This document shows, piece after piece, positions 1 through 8,451 of a stretch of 32,000 bases of DNA. The DNA is from Xanthobacteraceae bacterium. Lineage in GTDB: Bacteria; Pseudomonadota; Alphaproteobacteria; Rhizobiales; Xanthobacteraceae. Position 1 is the stretch's first letter. The number at the start of each line of letters is the position of its first letter. Both the position numbers and the translations under genes were made by a program. The notes beneath the pieces were generated by a model. That model searched no databases. It was not told the DNA's origin and worked only from the letters and a program-made list of their open reading frames with translations. The stretch is from positions 1 through 32,000 of the forward strand of contig DATLYX010000125.1 in assembly GCA_035574295.1 (NCBI GenBank), written 5' to 3'.

Positions 1-1968
1 TTGGATGATCTCTTCGCCTTCGAGGGCGCGGACGAGCTGCTGCAATGCTGGCGCGAGGGGCTGACCCCCGACCCGGCGCTTACCGTCTCGCAATGGGCCG
101 ACCGGCACCGAGTGCTAAGCCCACGCGCCTCGGCCGAGCCCGGGCGCTACCGCACGGACCGCACGCCGTACATGCGCGGGATCATGGATGCGCTGTCGCC
201 GGCCCACCCTGCAAGGCGGGTCGTGGTGATGAAGTCGGCGCAGGTCGGCTTCACCGAGGCTGGCAACAACTGGATCGGCTACGTCATTCATCACGTGCCC
301 GGGCCGATACTCGCGGTCCAGCCGACGGTCGAGCTCGCCAAGCGCTTCTCGCGCCAGCGCATCGATCCGCTGATTGCCGAGAGCCCGTCCTTGCGCGAGC
401 GGGTGAAGCCCGCGCGCTCGCGCGACGCCGGCAATACGGTGCTGTCGAAGGAATTCCCGGCCGGGCTCCTCGTCATAACCGGCGCCAGCTCGGCGGTCGG
501 CCTGCGCTCGATGCCGGTGCGGTATCTGTTCCTCGACGAGGTCGACGCCTATCCGCCGTCCGCCGACGAGGAAGGCGATCCCGTCGCGCTTGCGGAAGCC
601 CGCACGCGCACCTTCTCGTGGCGTGCAAAGATCCTCATCGGCTCGACGCCGACGATTCATGGCCTCTCGCGAATCGAGCGCGAGTACGAGGCCTCGGACC
701 AGCGGCGCTACTTCGTGCCGTGCCCGCACTGCGGGGCGATGCAGTGGCTCAAGTTCGAGCGGCTGCGCTGGGAAAAGGGACGGCCCCAGACCGCCCACTA
801 CCAGTGCGAGTCATGTGACGGCCGGATCGAGGAGCACCACAAGACGGGGATGCTTGCCGCCGGCGAGTGGCGCGCCACGGCGCAGGCACAAGACCCCGGC
901 ACGATCGGCTTCCACATCTCAGCGCTCTATTCGCCGGTCGGGTGGCTCTCCTGGGAGGCGATAGCCCGCCTCTGGGAGGCGGCAACCACCGACGAGGCCA
1001 AGCGCACCTTCAAGAACAGCGTGCTCGGCGAGACTTGGGTCGAGACCGGCGAGGCCCCGGACTGGCAGCGCCTCTACGAGCGCCGCGAACCCTGGCAGAT
1101 CGGTACCGTGCCGACCGGCGGCCTGTTTCTCACGGCGGGCGCCGACGTGCAGAAGGATCGCATCGAGGTCTCGATCTGGGCCTGGGGAAGAGGCCTCGAG
1201 AGCTGGCTCGTCGATCATGTCGTGATCGACGGCGGCCCAGAGCGCGACGAAACGTGGGCCAAACTCTCGGCGCTGCTTGGGCACACATGGCCGCATGCGC
1301 ATGGCGCGCGCCTCGGCATCGCAAAGCTTGCGATCGACACCGGCTACGAGGCACCCGCGGTCTATGCCTGGGCGCGCCGGATCGGTCACGCCCAGGTCGC
1401 GCCGATCAAGGGCGTCGAGGGTTTCAATCGCACAGCGCCGATCGTCGGTCCGAGCTATGTGGACGTCACCGAAGGCGGCAAGAAGCTGCGCCGCGGCGCG
1501 CGGCTGTGGACGATTGCGGTTGCCACTTTCAAGAGCGAGACCTATCGTTGCTTGCGCCTTGCGGCACTGACCGACGAGGAGCTCGCCGCGGGCGGGAAAT
1601 TCCCCGCAGGCTACGTGCACCTGCCGCGCGGGGTCGAGGCCGAGTGGGTCAAGCAGCTCGTTGCCGAGCAGCTCGTCACGGTCAGGACCAGGCGGGGTTT
1701 CACCCGGCTCGAGTGGCAGAAGATTCGTGAGCGCAACGAGGCGCTCGACTGCCGTGTCTATGCGCGCGCTGCGGCCTGGATCGCGGGTGCGGACCGTTGG
1801 ACGGACGCGATGTGGCGCGATCTCGAACGGCAGATCGGCATGCCGACACATGACGACGAGCCATCGCCCTTGACGGATGATGCATCGGACGCGCAGCTGC
1901 TCGCCGGGGTCGTGCGGCGCTCTCCCTTGCACCGTGGTCGGCGCGTGTTCCGGTCGAGCTATCTTTAG
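1..1968 (+). CDS. Phage terminase large subunit, lambda GpA family (5' end probably upstream of window)
   Basis: The frame is open from base 1, so the TTG at 1 is probably not the real start. The translation shows LTVSQWADRHRVL near the N-terminus, a Walker-A-like VVVMKSAQVGFTEAGNNW, Walker B YLFLDEVD and a CPHCG...CESC zinc-ribbon-like pair. It is the first gene of a lambda-order head module. Confidence 0.9.
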   Translation: MDDLFAFEGADELLQCWREGLTPDPALTVSQWADRHRVLSPRASAEPGRYRTDRTPYMRGIMDALSPAHPARRVVVMKSAQVGFTEAGNNWIGYVIHHVPGPILAVQPTVELAKRFSRQRIDPLIAESPSLRERVKPARSRDAGNTVLSKEFPAGLLVITGASSAVGLRSMPVRYLFLDEVDAYPPSADEEGDPVALAEARTRTFSWRAKILIGSTPTIHGLSRIEREYEASDQRRYFVPCPHCGAMQWLKFERLRWEKGRPQTAHYQCESCDGRIEEHHKTGMLAAGEWRATAQAQDPGTIGFHISALYSPVGWLSWEAIARLWEAATTDEAKRTFKNSVLGETWVETGEAPDWQRLYERREPWQIGTVPTGGLFLTAGADVQKDRIEVSIWAWGRGLESWLVDHVVIDGGPERDETWAKLSALLGHTWPHAHGARLGIAKLAIDTGYEAPAVYAWARRIGHAQVAPIKGVEGFNRTAPIVGPSYVDVTEGGKKLRRGARLWTIAVATFKSETYRCLRLAALTDEELAAGGKFPAGYVHLPRGVEAEWVKQLVAEQLVTVRTRRGFTRLEWQKIRERNEALDCRVYARAAAWIAGADRWTDAMWRDLERQIGMPTHDDEPSPLTDDASDAQLLAGVVRRSPLHRGRRVFRSSYL

Positions 1969-1978
1969 CTGACCGCCC

Positions 1979-2191
1979 ATGACCCTCGAAGAGCTGATGG
2001 CGCAGCGCGAGGCGCTGCTCGCCGCCCGCTTCCGCGGCGTGCGCACGGTCGAGATCGAAGGTCGACGCGTCACTTATGCGTCCGACGCCGAGATGGCGGC
2101 CGCCATTGCGGATCTGGAACGGCGCATCGCGGCTGCCGGTGAAGGCGGCCGACGGCGCCGAATTCTCACCTCTGCGTCGAAGGGACTGTGA
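1979..2191 (+). CDS. gpW-like head-tail joining (head completion) protein
   Basis: 70 aa ORF starting 10 nt after the terminase stop. Its stop TGA (2189-2191) abuts the portal GTG at 2192. Its size, helical Ala/Arg-rich sequence and position between GpA terminase and portal match lambda gpW. Confidence 0.75.
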   Translation: MTLEELMAQREALLAARFRGVRTVEIEGRRVTYASDAEMAAAIADLERRIAAAGEGGRRRRILTSASKGL

Positions 2192-3643
2192 GTGCTCCGA
2201 TCGCTGCAACAGTTCCGACGGCGGGTCGGCGCTTTCATCGGCGGCTTCGAGGCAGGCCTCGCCAACCGCAGGCTGAAAGGTTTTCAGCCCAGCCGCGCCC
2301 ACCTCAACACGCTGATCGCCGCGGCGGGTCCCGACATCACCGCGCGGGCCCGCTGGCTCGTGCGCAACAACGGCTATGCGGCCAACGCCATCGAGAGCTG
2401 GGCCGGCAACGTGATCGGTGCCGGCATCAAGCCATCGTCTCTGATCAAGGCTGCAACGCTCAAGGCACAGGTCCAGAAGCTCTGGCTCGACTGGACGGAT
2501 GAGGCCGACGCGGAAGGCTTCACGGACTTCTATGGCCTGCAGCGGCGCGCGGCACGCGAGGTGTTCATCGCCGGCGAAGTGTTCTTCCGCTTCCGCCCAC
2601 GCCGGCCGCAGGACGGGTTCACCGTGCCGCTGCAGCTGCAGATGCTGCCGTCGGAGATGCTGCCGCTCAACCGCAACGAGCTGGCGCCCGGCGGCAACGT
2701 GATCCGTCAAGGGATCGAGTTCGATCGGATCGGCCGGCGTGTCGCCTATCACTTTCTGCGGCGGCACCCGGGCGACGTGACCGATCCCGGGATCGCGGGC
2801 GAGACGGTACGAATCCCGGCCTCCGAGATCATTCACGTCATCGATCCCGTGGATGCGGGGCAGCTCCGAGGCGTCTCCCGCTTCGCCCCCGCCATCGTGA
2901 AGCTGTTCCTGCTCGACCAGTACGACGACGCCGAGCTCGACCGCAAGAAGGTCGCGGCAATGCACGCGCTGTTCATCACGACGCCGGCGCCGGCCGAGCC
3001 GCTCGACGCCGCCGAGGGGCGCGATGAGAACGACGAGCGCACGCTCGATCTGCAGCCCGGCACGATCATCACGCTGGAGCCGGGCGAGGAGGTGCAGACC
3101 TCTTCGCCCGCGGAGTCGGGCCAGACCTATGAGCCGTTCCAGTACCGCACGCTCTTGCAGGTGTCGGCGGCGCTTGGCGTGCCCTATGCGTATCTCTCGA
3201 ACGACATGCTGAAGGCGAACTACTCGAACTCGCGCCTTGCGCTACTCGAATTCCGCCGCCGCATCGAAGCCTACCAGCACGCCGTCGTTGTCTGGCAGCT
3301 CTGCCGCCAGGTCTGGGCGCGCTGGATGGACACCGCCGTGTTCGCCGGCGCGCTCGATCTGCCGGGCTATGAGGAACGCCGGCGTGAGTATCTCGCTTGT
3401 ACCTGGCTGCCGCCGAAGTGGGATTGGGTCGATCCCTTGAAGGATGCCCGCGCCGAGATCGAGCAGATCGAGGCGGGCCTGAAGAGCCGCACGCAGGCGC
3501 TCGCCGAGCGTGGCTACGACGCCGAACAAGTGGATGCCGAGATCACCGCCGACAGGGCACGCGAGAAATCGCTCGGCCTGACATTCAGTTCGCAGGCGGT
3601 CCCAGCAATCGACGGGCAAACAGACCAATCACAAGCGGCGTAA
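2192..3643 (+). CDS. Phage portal protein, lambda (gpB) family
   Basis: 483 aa. The N-terminal RLKGFQPSRAHLNTLIAAAGPDITARARWLVRNNGYAANAIESWAGNVIGAGIKP is typical of lambda-family portals. The gene sits after terminase and gpW. GTG start. Confidence 0.9.
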   Translation: MLRSLQQFRRRVGAFIGGFEAGLANRRLKGFQPSRAHLNTLIAAAGPDITARARWLVRNNGYAANAIESWAGNVIGAGIKPSSLIKAATLKAQVQKLWLDWTDEADAEGFTDFYGLQRRAAREVFIAGEVFFRFRPRRPQDGFTVPLQLQMLPSEMLPLNRNELAPGGNVIRQGIEFDRIGRRVAYHFLRRHPGDVTDPGIAGETVRIPASEIIHVIDPVDAGQLRGVSRFAPAIVKLFLLDQYDDAELDRKKVAAMHALFITTPAPAEPLDAAEGRDENDERTLDLQPGTIITLEPGEEVQTSSPAESGQTYEPFQYRTLLQVSAALGVPYAYLSNDMLKANYSNSRLALLEFRRRIEAYQHAVVVWQLCRQVWARWMDTAVFAGALDLPGYEERRREYLACTWLPPKWDWVDPLKDARAEIEQIEAGLKSRTQALAERGYDAEQVDAEITADRAREKSLGLTFSSQAVPAIDGQTDQSQAA

Positions 3644-3679
3644 GATGCTGACATCAATGACGCAAAAGCACCGTGCCCG

Positions 3680-3973
3680 CTAAGCCGCCCGCGGATGCAC
3701 CCGCGCTTTGATCTTCTTGCCGATCCGATCGCGGGCAATTTCCAGGTCGTAGGTGGCCTGCATGCCGATCCAGAATTCAGCGCTGGTTCCGAAGTAGCGG
3801 GCAAGCCGCAGCGCCGTATCCGGCGTGATCGCGCGCTTGCCGTTGACGATCTCGCTGACGCGAATCTGCGGCACACCGATCGCCTTGGCGAGCGCGTACT
3901 GCGAAAGACCGAGCGGCTTCAGGAAGTCCTCGCGCAGGACCTCGCCGGGATGGGCTGGGGGAAAGTCCGCCAT
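3680..3973 (-). CDS. higA: HigA-family antitoxin (XRE-type HTH)
   Basis: 97 aa. HPGEVLREDFLKPLGLSQYALAKAIGVPQIRVSEIVNGKRAITPDTALRLARYFGTSAEFW is the classic HigA/VapI HTH. It lies 13 nt downstream of a HigB-like ORF on the same strand, in toxin-first order. Confidence 0.85.
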   Translation of the reverse strand: MADFPPAHPGEVLREDFLKPLGLSQYALAKAIGVPQIRVSEIVNGKRAITPDTALRLARYFGTSAEFWIGMQATYDLEIARDRIGKKIKARVHPRAA

Positions 3974-3986
3974 GGTTCAAATCTCC

Positions 3987-4268
3987 TCAGTGGTAGTCGA
4001 CGATCTCGACGTCGTAGGCGTCGCCGCCATGCCAGCGAAAGCAGATACGCCACTGGTCGTTGATCCGAATGCTGTATTGCCCTTTGCGGTCACCGGCGAG
4101 GCGCTCCAGCCGATTCCCGGGTGGGGCGCGCAAATCGTCGAGGCTGCGGGCGTTGTGAATCTGCATCAGCTTCCGGTTCGCCGACTTCATTATGTCGTTC
4201 GGAACGCCCTTGACGAAACGGCGCTCCCAGGCCGCCTCGGCTGCAGCGTTCCGGAACGATTTGATCAT
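3987..4268 (-). CDS. higB: HigB-family toxin (RelE/ParE superfamily mRNA interferase)
   Basis: 93 aa. MIKSFRN...KLMQIHNARSLDDLRAPPGNRLERLAGDRKGQYSIRINDQWRICFRW...DVEIVDYH matches the plasmid-maintenance killer HigB pattern. It lies upstream of higA. Confidence 0.85.
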   Translation of the reverse strand: MIKSFRNAAAEAAWERRFVKGVPNDIMKSANRKLMQIHNARSLDDLRAPPGNRLERLAGDRKGQYSIRINDQWRICFRWHGGDAYDVEIVDYH

Positions 4269-4276
4269 CGACGGCT

Positions 4277-4305
4277 ATACTAACGGACCGCGTTAGCTAA
4301 CGCAA
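4277..4305 (-). promoter_or_regulatory. Predicted higBA promoter with overlapping palindromic operator
   Basis: On the minus strand: -35 TTGCGT (4300-4305), 17 nt spacer, -10 TAGTAT (4277-4282), then 8 nt to the higB ATG. A perfect 14 bp palindrome GCGTTAGCTAACGC (4290-4303) overlaps the -35 and spacer. An extra TAACG half-site lies at 4281-4285. Confidence 0.45.
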
Positions 4306-4340
4306 GACATAAGTATTCTTTTTAAGCCCCGCAAGCCATC

Positions 4341-5627
4341 ATGAACCTGCCACACATCGCGTCCCGGGTGTTCGGCACGCCGCTCTTGATCGCGCGCGCC
4401 AAGCTCGAGGTGATCCTCGGCCTGCTGGGGGCGCGGCTCGCGGGCGGCACCTTGGAGCCGCTCGAACCGGGAACCGAACCGCGGCCGCTCAGCTCGGTCA
4501 CCGCCGAGAAGATCGCGGTCGTGTCGGTTATCGGCACGCTGGTGAGCCGCTCGGCCTATCTCGATGCCGCAAGCGGGCTTGTGTCCTATGGCGACATCGG
4601 CGACGCCATTGCCGGCGCGATGTCGGACCCAGCCGTCCGCGGCGTCATCCTCGATGTCGACTCTTCGGGCGGTGAGGTCGGCGGTCTGTTCGATCTCGTC
4701 GATCGCATTCGCGCCCTGCGCGCGGCGAGTGACAAGCCGCTGTGGGCGGTGGCGAACGAGAGCGCGTTGTCGGCGGCCTATGCCATCGCGAGCGCCGCGG
4801 AGCGGCTCTACGTCACCCGCACCGGCGAGGTCGGCTCGATCGGCGTCGTGGCCGTGCACGTCGACGAGAGCGGCGCCGATGCCAAGGCCGGGCTTGCCTG
4901 GACCTTCATTTTCGCGGGCGACCGCAAGGTCGATGCCAATGCGCATGAGCCGCTCTCCGAACGTGCGCGCGCTACGATCCAGGCCGACGTCGACCGTCTC
5001 TATGCCGAGCTCTGCGCGCTGGTTGCCGCGAATCGAGGACTGAGCCCCGAAACCGTGCACGGCACCAACGCTGCGATCTATCGCGGCGAGCTTGCCATCC
5101 GCGCCGGCCTCGCCGACCGGCTCGGTACCCTCGACCTCGCCATCGCCGAGATGGCGGCCGAACTCGATCGCGCCGCGTCCATGGCGCGCATGCCCATCAA
5201 CCCAACACCCAAGAGGAGCCTCTCCATGGCGACGAACGAAACCGAACAGTTCCAGGATCAGCCGCATGAGCCGCAGCCGGCCGCCGCCGCTCCGCCGGCC
5301 GTAACACAGGCTGCATCGCATACCGCGCCGCCGGCAGCGCCGGCACCAACCACGGCGGAAGCGAGCGCGGACGAACGCTTGCGCGCGGAGCTTGCCGAGG
5401 TTGTCGCGATTGCGACGCAAGCAGCTCGGCTTGGGGTTGCGGTCGATGCCGCCGACGCCCTGAAAAAGGGCCTGACCCCCGATGCGCTGCGCCGTTCCGT
5501 GCTCGAGGAGCTCGCCGCGCGCGCCGAGGCAACGAGCGTGATTGCCGCGGCACCATCCACTCCCACGGCCGGCGACAGCCCGATCGTACGGCGTGCACGC
5601 GAGCGGGCCGCGGCGGCTCGTGCCTGA
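4341..5627 (+). CDS. Head maturation protease, S49 (SppA/ClpP-like, lambda gpC-like) with C-terminal scaffold-like domain
   Basis: 428 aa. VRGVILDVDSSGGEVGGLFDLVDRI...ANESALSAAYAIASAAERLYV...GSIGVVAVH is the S49 peptidase core. The C-terminal 130 aa are Ala/Pro-rich and helical. Its position between portal and decoration protein matches lambda gpC. Confidence 0.85.
   Translation: MNLPHIASRVFGTPLLIARAKLEVILGLLGARLAGGTLEPLEPGTEPRPLSSVTAEKIAVVSVIGTLVSRSAYLDAASGLVSYGDIGDAIAGAMSDPAVRGVILDVDSSGGEVGGLFDLVDRIRALRAASDKPLWAVANESALSAAYAIASAAERLYVTRTGEVGSIGVVAVHVDESGADAKAGLAWTFIFAGDRKVDANAHEPLSERARATIQADVDRLYAELCALVAANRGLSPETVHGTNAAIYRGELAIRAGLADRLGTLDLAIAEMAAELDRAASMARMPINPTPKRSLSMATNETEQFQDQPHEPQPAAAAPPAVTQAASHTAPPAAPAPTTAEASADERLRAELAEVVAIATQAARLGVAVDAADALKKGLTPDALRRSVLEELAARAEATSVIAAAPSTPTAGDSPIVRRARERAAAARA
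5226..5627 (+). CDS. Possible nested in-frame scaffold protein (lambda Nu3 analogue)
   Basis: An in-frame internal ATG at 5226 is preceded by AGAGGAG (5212-5218) at 7 nt spacing. The 133 aa product is acidic, Ala/Pro-rich and then helical, which is scaffold-like. Lambda expresses Nu3 from inside gene C in the same way. Confidence 0.4.
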   Translation: MATNETEQFQDQPHEPQPAAAAPPAVTQAASHTAPPAAPAPTTAEASADERLRAELAEVVAIATQAARLGVAVDAADALKKGLTPDALRRSVLEELAARAEATSVIAAAPSTPTAGDSPIVRRARERAAAARA

Positions 5628-5647
5628 ACACTCGAGGAGTACAACAC

Positions 5648-6037
5648 ATGCCCACCCTGACGATGGCGCCGACGCTCGGCGACCTGCTCAAATACGAGCT
5701 CAACGGCAACTACAATCGCGAGACGGTGACGCTGAAGGCCGGCACGAACTACCCGCTCGGCGCCGTGCTCGGCAGGATCACCGCCACTGGCAAGTATCGG
5801 CTCTCGCCGGCCGCGCAGGTGATCGGCGACGAGGGCGCAGAGACCGCGGTCGCGGTTCTGATCGAGGCGGTCGACGCCACCGCCGCCGATGCGGCCGGTC
5901 TCGTCATCGCCCGCGGTCCCGCGATCGTGTCCAAGGCCGCGCTCGTGTTCGACACCTCCGTCGACCAGGCGGCCGAGAAGGACGCGAAGCACGCGCAGCT
6001 CGCCACGGCCGGTATCGTGCCGCGCGACACCGCCTGA
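5648..6037 (+). CDS. Head decoration protein (lambda gpD-like)
   Basis: 129 aa with a GAGGAG Shine-Dalgarno upstream. PTLGDLLKYE...YNRETVTL..G....LGAVLGRIT.TGKY resembles the decoration-protein family. It lies directly upstream of the gpE-type capsid gene. Confidence 0.8.
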   Translation: MPTLTMAPTLGDLLKYELNGNYNRETVTLKAGTNYPLGAVLGRITATGKYRLSPAAQVIGDEGAETAVAVLIEAVDATAADAAGLVIARGPAIVSKAALVFDTSVDQAAEKDAKHAQLATAGIVPRDTA

Positions 6038-6067
6038 TCCCGAGCAAAACATCTGAATGCCACCATC

Positions 6068-6095
6068 GGGCCGCGACGGAAACAGGTCGGGGCCC
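6068..6095 (+). other. Stem-loop between decoration and capsid genes
   Basis: GGGCCGCGAC (6068-6077) pairs with GTCGGGGCCC (6086-6095) at 9 of 10 positions, with an 8 nt loop. A short T-run (6102-6105) follows after 6 nt. It lies just upstream of the capsid SD GAGGA (6106-6110). Confidence 0.3.
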
Positions 6096-6116
6096 GAACC
6101 ATTTTGAGGAACCGCA

Positions 6117-7139
6117 ATGGCCCCGATGATCAATCCCTTCGACGCGGGCGGCTACACGCTCGCCGAGATGACCCAAGCCATCAACATCCTGCCCAATGTC
6201 TACACCCGCCTCGGCCAGCTCGGCCTGTTCCGCTTCGAGGGCATCACCCAGAGGAGCGTCATCATCGAGCAGGCCGAAGGCGTGCTGAACCTCTTGCCGA
6301 CGGTGCCGCTCGGCGGGCCCGCCACGGTCGCCAACCGCGATGCGCGCTCCATGCGCTCGTTCACGGTGCCGTGGATCCCCCACGACGACGTGATCACGCC
6401 GCAGGACATCCAGGGCGTGCGCGGCTTTGGTGTCGCCGATGCCGCCGACCCGCTCGCGACCGTCATGGAGCGCAAGCTCACCCGCATGCGCGCCAAGCAC
6501 GCCCAGACCCGCGAGTACATGGAAGTCAATGCGCTGCGCGGTGTGGTCAAGGATGGGGCCGGCATTCAACTCTACGATTACTTCGCCGAGTTCGGGCTTG
6601 CCCAGCAGTCGGTCGACTTCGTGCTCGGCACCGGAACCACGAACGTCCAGGCCAAATGCCGCGAGGTGCTGCGCGACATTGAGACCGAGCTCAAGGGCGA
6701 GACCATGACCGGGGTGCTGGCCCTGGTCAGCCCCGGCTTCTTCGACAAGCTGATCGGCCATGCCAAGGTCGAGGACGCCTACAAGTACTTCTCCTCGACC
6801 GGCGCCCAGCCGCTGCGCGAGGACACGCGTCGCCGCTTCCCCTTCGCCGGCATCGTGTTCGAGGAATACAACGCCACCGTCACGCTCTCGACCGGCGCGA
6901 CCGAGACGCTTGTTCCGGCGAACGAAGGCATCGCGTTTCCGCTCGGCACCATGGACACGTTCGTCACCTACGGGGCGCCGGCGAACCTGATCGAGACCGT
7001 CAACACGGTGGGCCTGCCGATCTATGCCCGCCAGATCGCCCGGCCCGACGGCAGCGCCATCGACGTGAAGACCGAGGCCTCGCCGCTGCCCGTGAACAAG
7101 CGGCCGCGACTCGCCGTGCGCATCTACACCTCGAACTGA
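6117..7139 (+). CDS. Major capsid protein, lambda gpE family
   Basis: 340 aa. The N-terminal INPFDAGGYTLAEMTQAINILPNVYTRLGQLGLFRFEGITQRSVIIEQAEGVLNLLPTVP is characteristic of the gpE-type capsid family. Confidence 0.9.
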   Translation: MAPMINPFDAGGYTLAEMTQAINILPNVYTRLGQLGLFRFEGITQRSVIIEQAEGVLNLLPTVPLGGPATVANRDARSMRSFTVPWIPHDDVITPQDIQGVRGFGVADAADPLATVMERKLTRMRAKHAQTREYMEVNALRGVVKDGAGIQLYDYFAEFGLAQQSVDFVLGTGTTNVQAKCREVLRDIETELKGETMTGVLALVSPGFFDKLIGHAKVEDAYKYFSSTGAQPLREDTRRRFPFAGIVFEEYNATVTLSTGATETLVPANEGIAFPLGTMDTFVTYGAPANLIETVNTVGLPIYARQIARPDGSAIDVKTEASPLPVNKRPRLAVRIYTSN

Positions 7140-7459
7140 TGCACGAGGCCTTTGCGGCTGCGATCGACGCGATCTTTGGCGACTCCAGCATGGCCGAAGA
7201 CGCGCTCTGGCGCGCCGGCGGGAGCGATCCCGCCGTGCCTGTGCGCGTCATTCGGCGTGCACCGGACGCGGTCGTGGGCTTCGGCGACAGCCGTGCCCTG
7301 CTGCCGTCCGTCCTGATCGACGTGCGCCGGTCGGAGGTCGCTGAACCTGCGAGCGGCGACACGGTCGAGATCGAAGGGGAGCTGTTCGAGGTCATTGCCG
7401 CGCCAGTTGTGGACAGCTTCGGTCTCCTATGGACATGCGAGTCTTGTCTGCGTCGTTAG
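7139..7459 (+). CDS. Putative head-tail connector/head completion protein
   Basis: 106 aa. Its ATG overlaps the capsid stop (TGATG at 7137-7141), so it is translationally coupled. The position is typical for an adaptor or FII-like protein. I do not recognise a family confidently. Confidence 0.5.
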   Translation: MHEAFAAAIDAIFGDSSMAEDALWRAGGSDPAVPVRVIRRAPDAVVGFGDSRALLPSVLIDVRRSEVAEPASGDTVEIEGELFEVIAAPVVDSFGLLWTCESCLRR

Positions 7460-7498
7460 AGGGGCAATGTCGCGGTTCCTGCTCCGTCCAGCGATTAC

Positions 7499-7527
7499 TT
7501 GTACATTGTTAAAATAACTGCTATCCT
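7499..7527 (+). promoter_or_regulatory. Candidate sigma70-like promoter for the DUF2798 gene
   Basis: TTGTAC (7499-7504), 17 nt AT-rich spacer, TATCCT (7522-7527), in a locally AT-rich patch just after the last head gene. About 55 nt upstream of the GTG at 7583. Confidence 0.3.
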
Positions 7528-7582
7528 GCGAGGATCATTCTGGTTGCCCATCGTGGGTCGACCAAAGCAGGGAGCATGCAGG

Positions 7583-7849
7583 GTGTCGAAAGGAACCGAC
7601 GAGCGGCGTGGCCCTCCGGCTGTACCGTTCAGGATTCGCGCCGTGGTGACGGCGGTAACCGGATTGGTATCGGCGCTGGTGATGTCGTTCTTGGGCCTTG
7701 CCATCAACTATGGCTTCCGGTCTGATTTTCTATCGCGATGGCTTTTCGCCTTCGTGACCGGCTATGTCATCCTCGTCCCGGTCTTGTTGTTCATCCTGCC
7801 GATCGTGCAACGCGTGGTCGTCCGCTACTTCACACCTTTTCAGCAGTAG
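7583..7849 (+). CDS. DUF2798-type small membrane protein (moron)
   Basis: The track ORF 7499-7849 is trimmed to the GTG at 7583, which has GGGAG 9 nt upstream. The translation has two hydrophobic helices around the motif FRSDFLSRWLFAFVTGYVILVPVLLFILPIV, resembling DUF2798 proteins. The start site is uncertain. Confidence 0.6.
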   Translation: MSKGTDERRGPPAVPFRIRAVVTAVTGLVSALVMSFLGLAINYGFRSDFLSRWLFAFVTGYVILVPVLLFILPIVQRVVVRYFTPFQQ

Positions 7850-7857
7850 CGTGCCTT

Positions 7858-8406
7858 TCACTTTCGGCCGCGCGTCGCGATGAGCGCCTCGCACGCATCC
7901 ATGCAGGCCACCTGTACGCGCGGCCACCAGGCACTGGCCTTCTTGTCGGCGAGGCGCGTTGTGCTTGCACCATGGAGGACCAACCACACCTGAAATGCTC
8001 GCTCGCGCGCGAGATCAGGGGCAAGCCCCGATTCACGCGCAATGCGGTTCCCAAGCTGAGCGAGCAAGGCCTCGAGATCGGATTCGGTCGTACGACGCTG
8101 GGAACGCGAGCCGAACAAAAGGCCGTATTCGTATGGGTTATTCTCGGCAAACGTCAGATAGGCTCGGCAAGCGTCGCGGAAAGTCGTCTCCTTCGACATC
8201 GTCTCCTTCAAACGACGGCTCGCATCGTTCTTCAGCGCGGCGAGGAGGTGCTCTTTTGTCTTGAACCGTGTGTAGATCGTCGGCGTCGTCGTGCCGACCT
8301 TTGTCGCCAAGGCGCGCATCTGAACCTTCCCACCCTGCGACGCGAGCATGTCTCGTGCCGCAGCAAGGATCTGTTCGGTGAGGTTCGGATCGGAAGGTCT
8401 GGCCAT
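7858..8406 (-). CDS. TetR/AcrR-family transcriptional regulator (moron)
   Basis: 182 aa. The N-terminal HTH ILAAARDMLASQGGKVQMRALATKVGTTTPTIYTRFKTKEHLLAAL is a canonical TetR DNA-binding domain. It converges tail-to-tail with the DUF2798 gene, with an 8 nt gap. Confidence 0.85.
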   Translation of the reverse strand: MARPSDPNLTEQILAAARDMLASQGGKVQMRALATKVGTTTPTIYTRFKTKEHLLAALKNDASRRLKETMSKETTFRDACRAYLTFAENNPYEYGLLFGSRSQRRTTESDLEALLAQLGNRIARESGLAPDLARERAFQVWLVLHGASTTRLADKKASAWWPRVQVACMDACEALIATRGRK

Positions 8407-8451
8407 GTGGGACCGCTATTTTCTGCGAGATCCCGCCTTTCGTCGCACGCA

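Noticed and set aside
919-2965. Long minus-strand ORFs 919-2073 (384 aa) and 1700-2965 (421 aa)
   Set aside because: They are antisense to the terminase, gpW and portal genes. Their translations are Arg/Ala/Gly/Pro-rich low-complexity sequence typical of off-frame shadows in high-GC DNA, and they show no recognisable motifs.
4293-5420. Minus-strand ORF of 375 aa opposite the S49 protease gene
   Set aside because: It is a shadow ORF. The + strand frame carries clear S49 peptidase motifs, while the minus-frame product is Arg/Gly-rich junk.
7500-7505. TGTACA palindrome in the AT-rich region, considered as a TetR operator
   Set aside because: It is only 6 bp, and the flanking bases do not extend the symmetry. 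That is too short to distinguish from chance.
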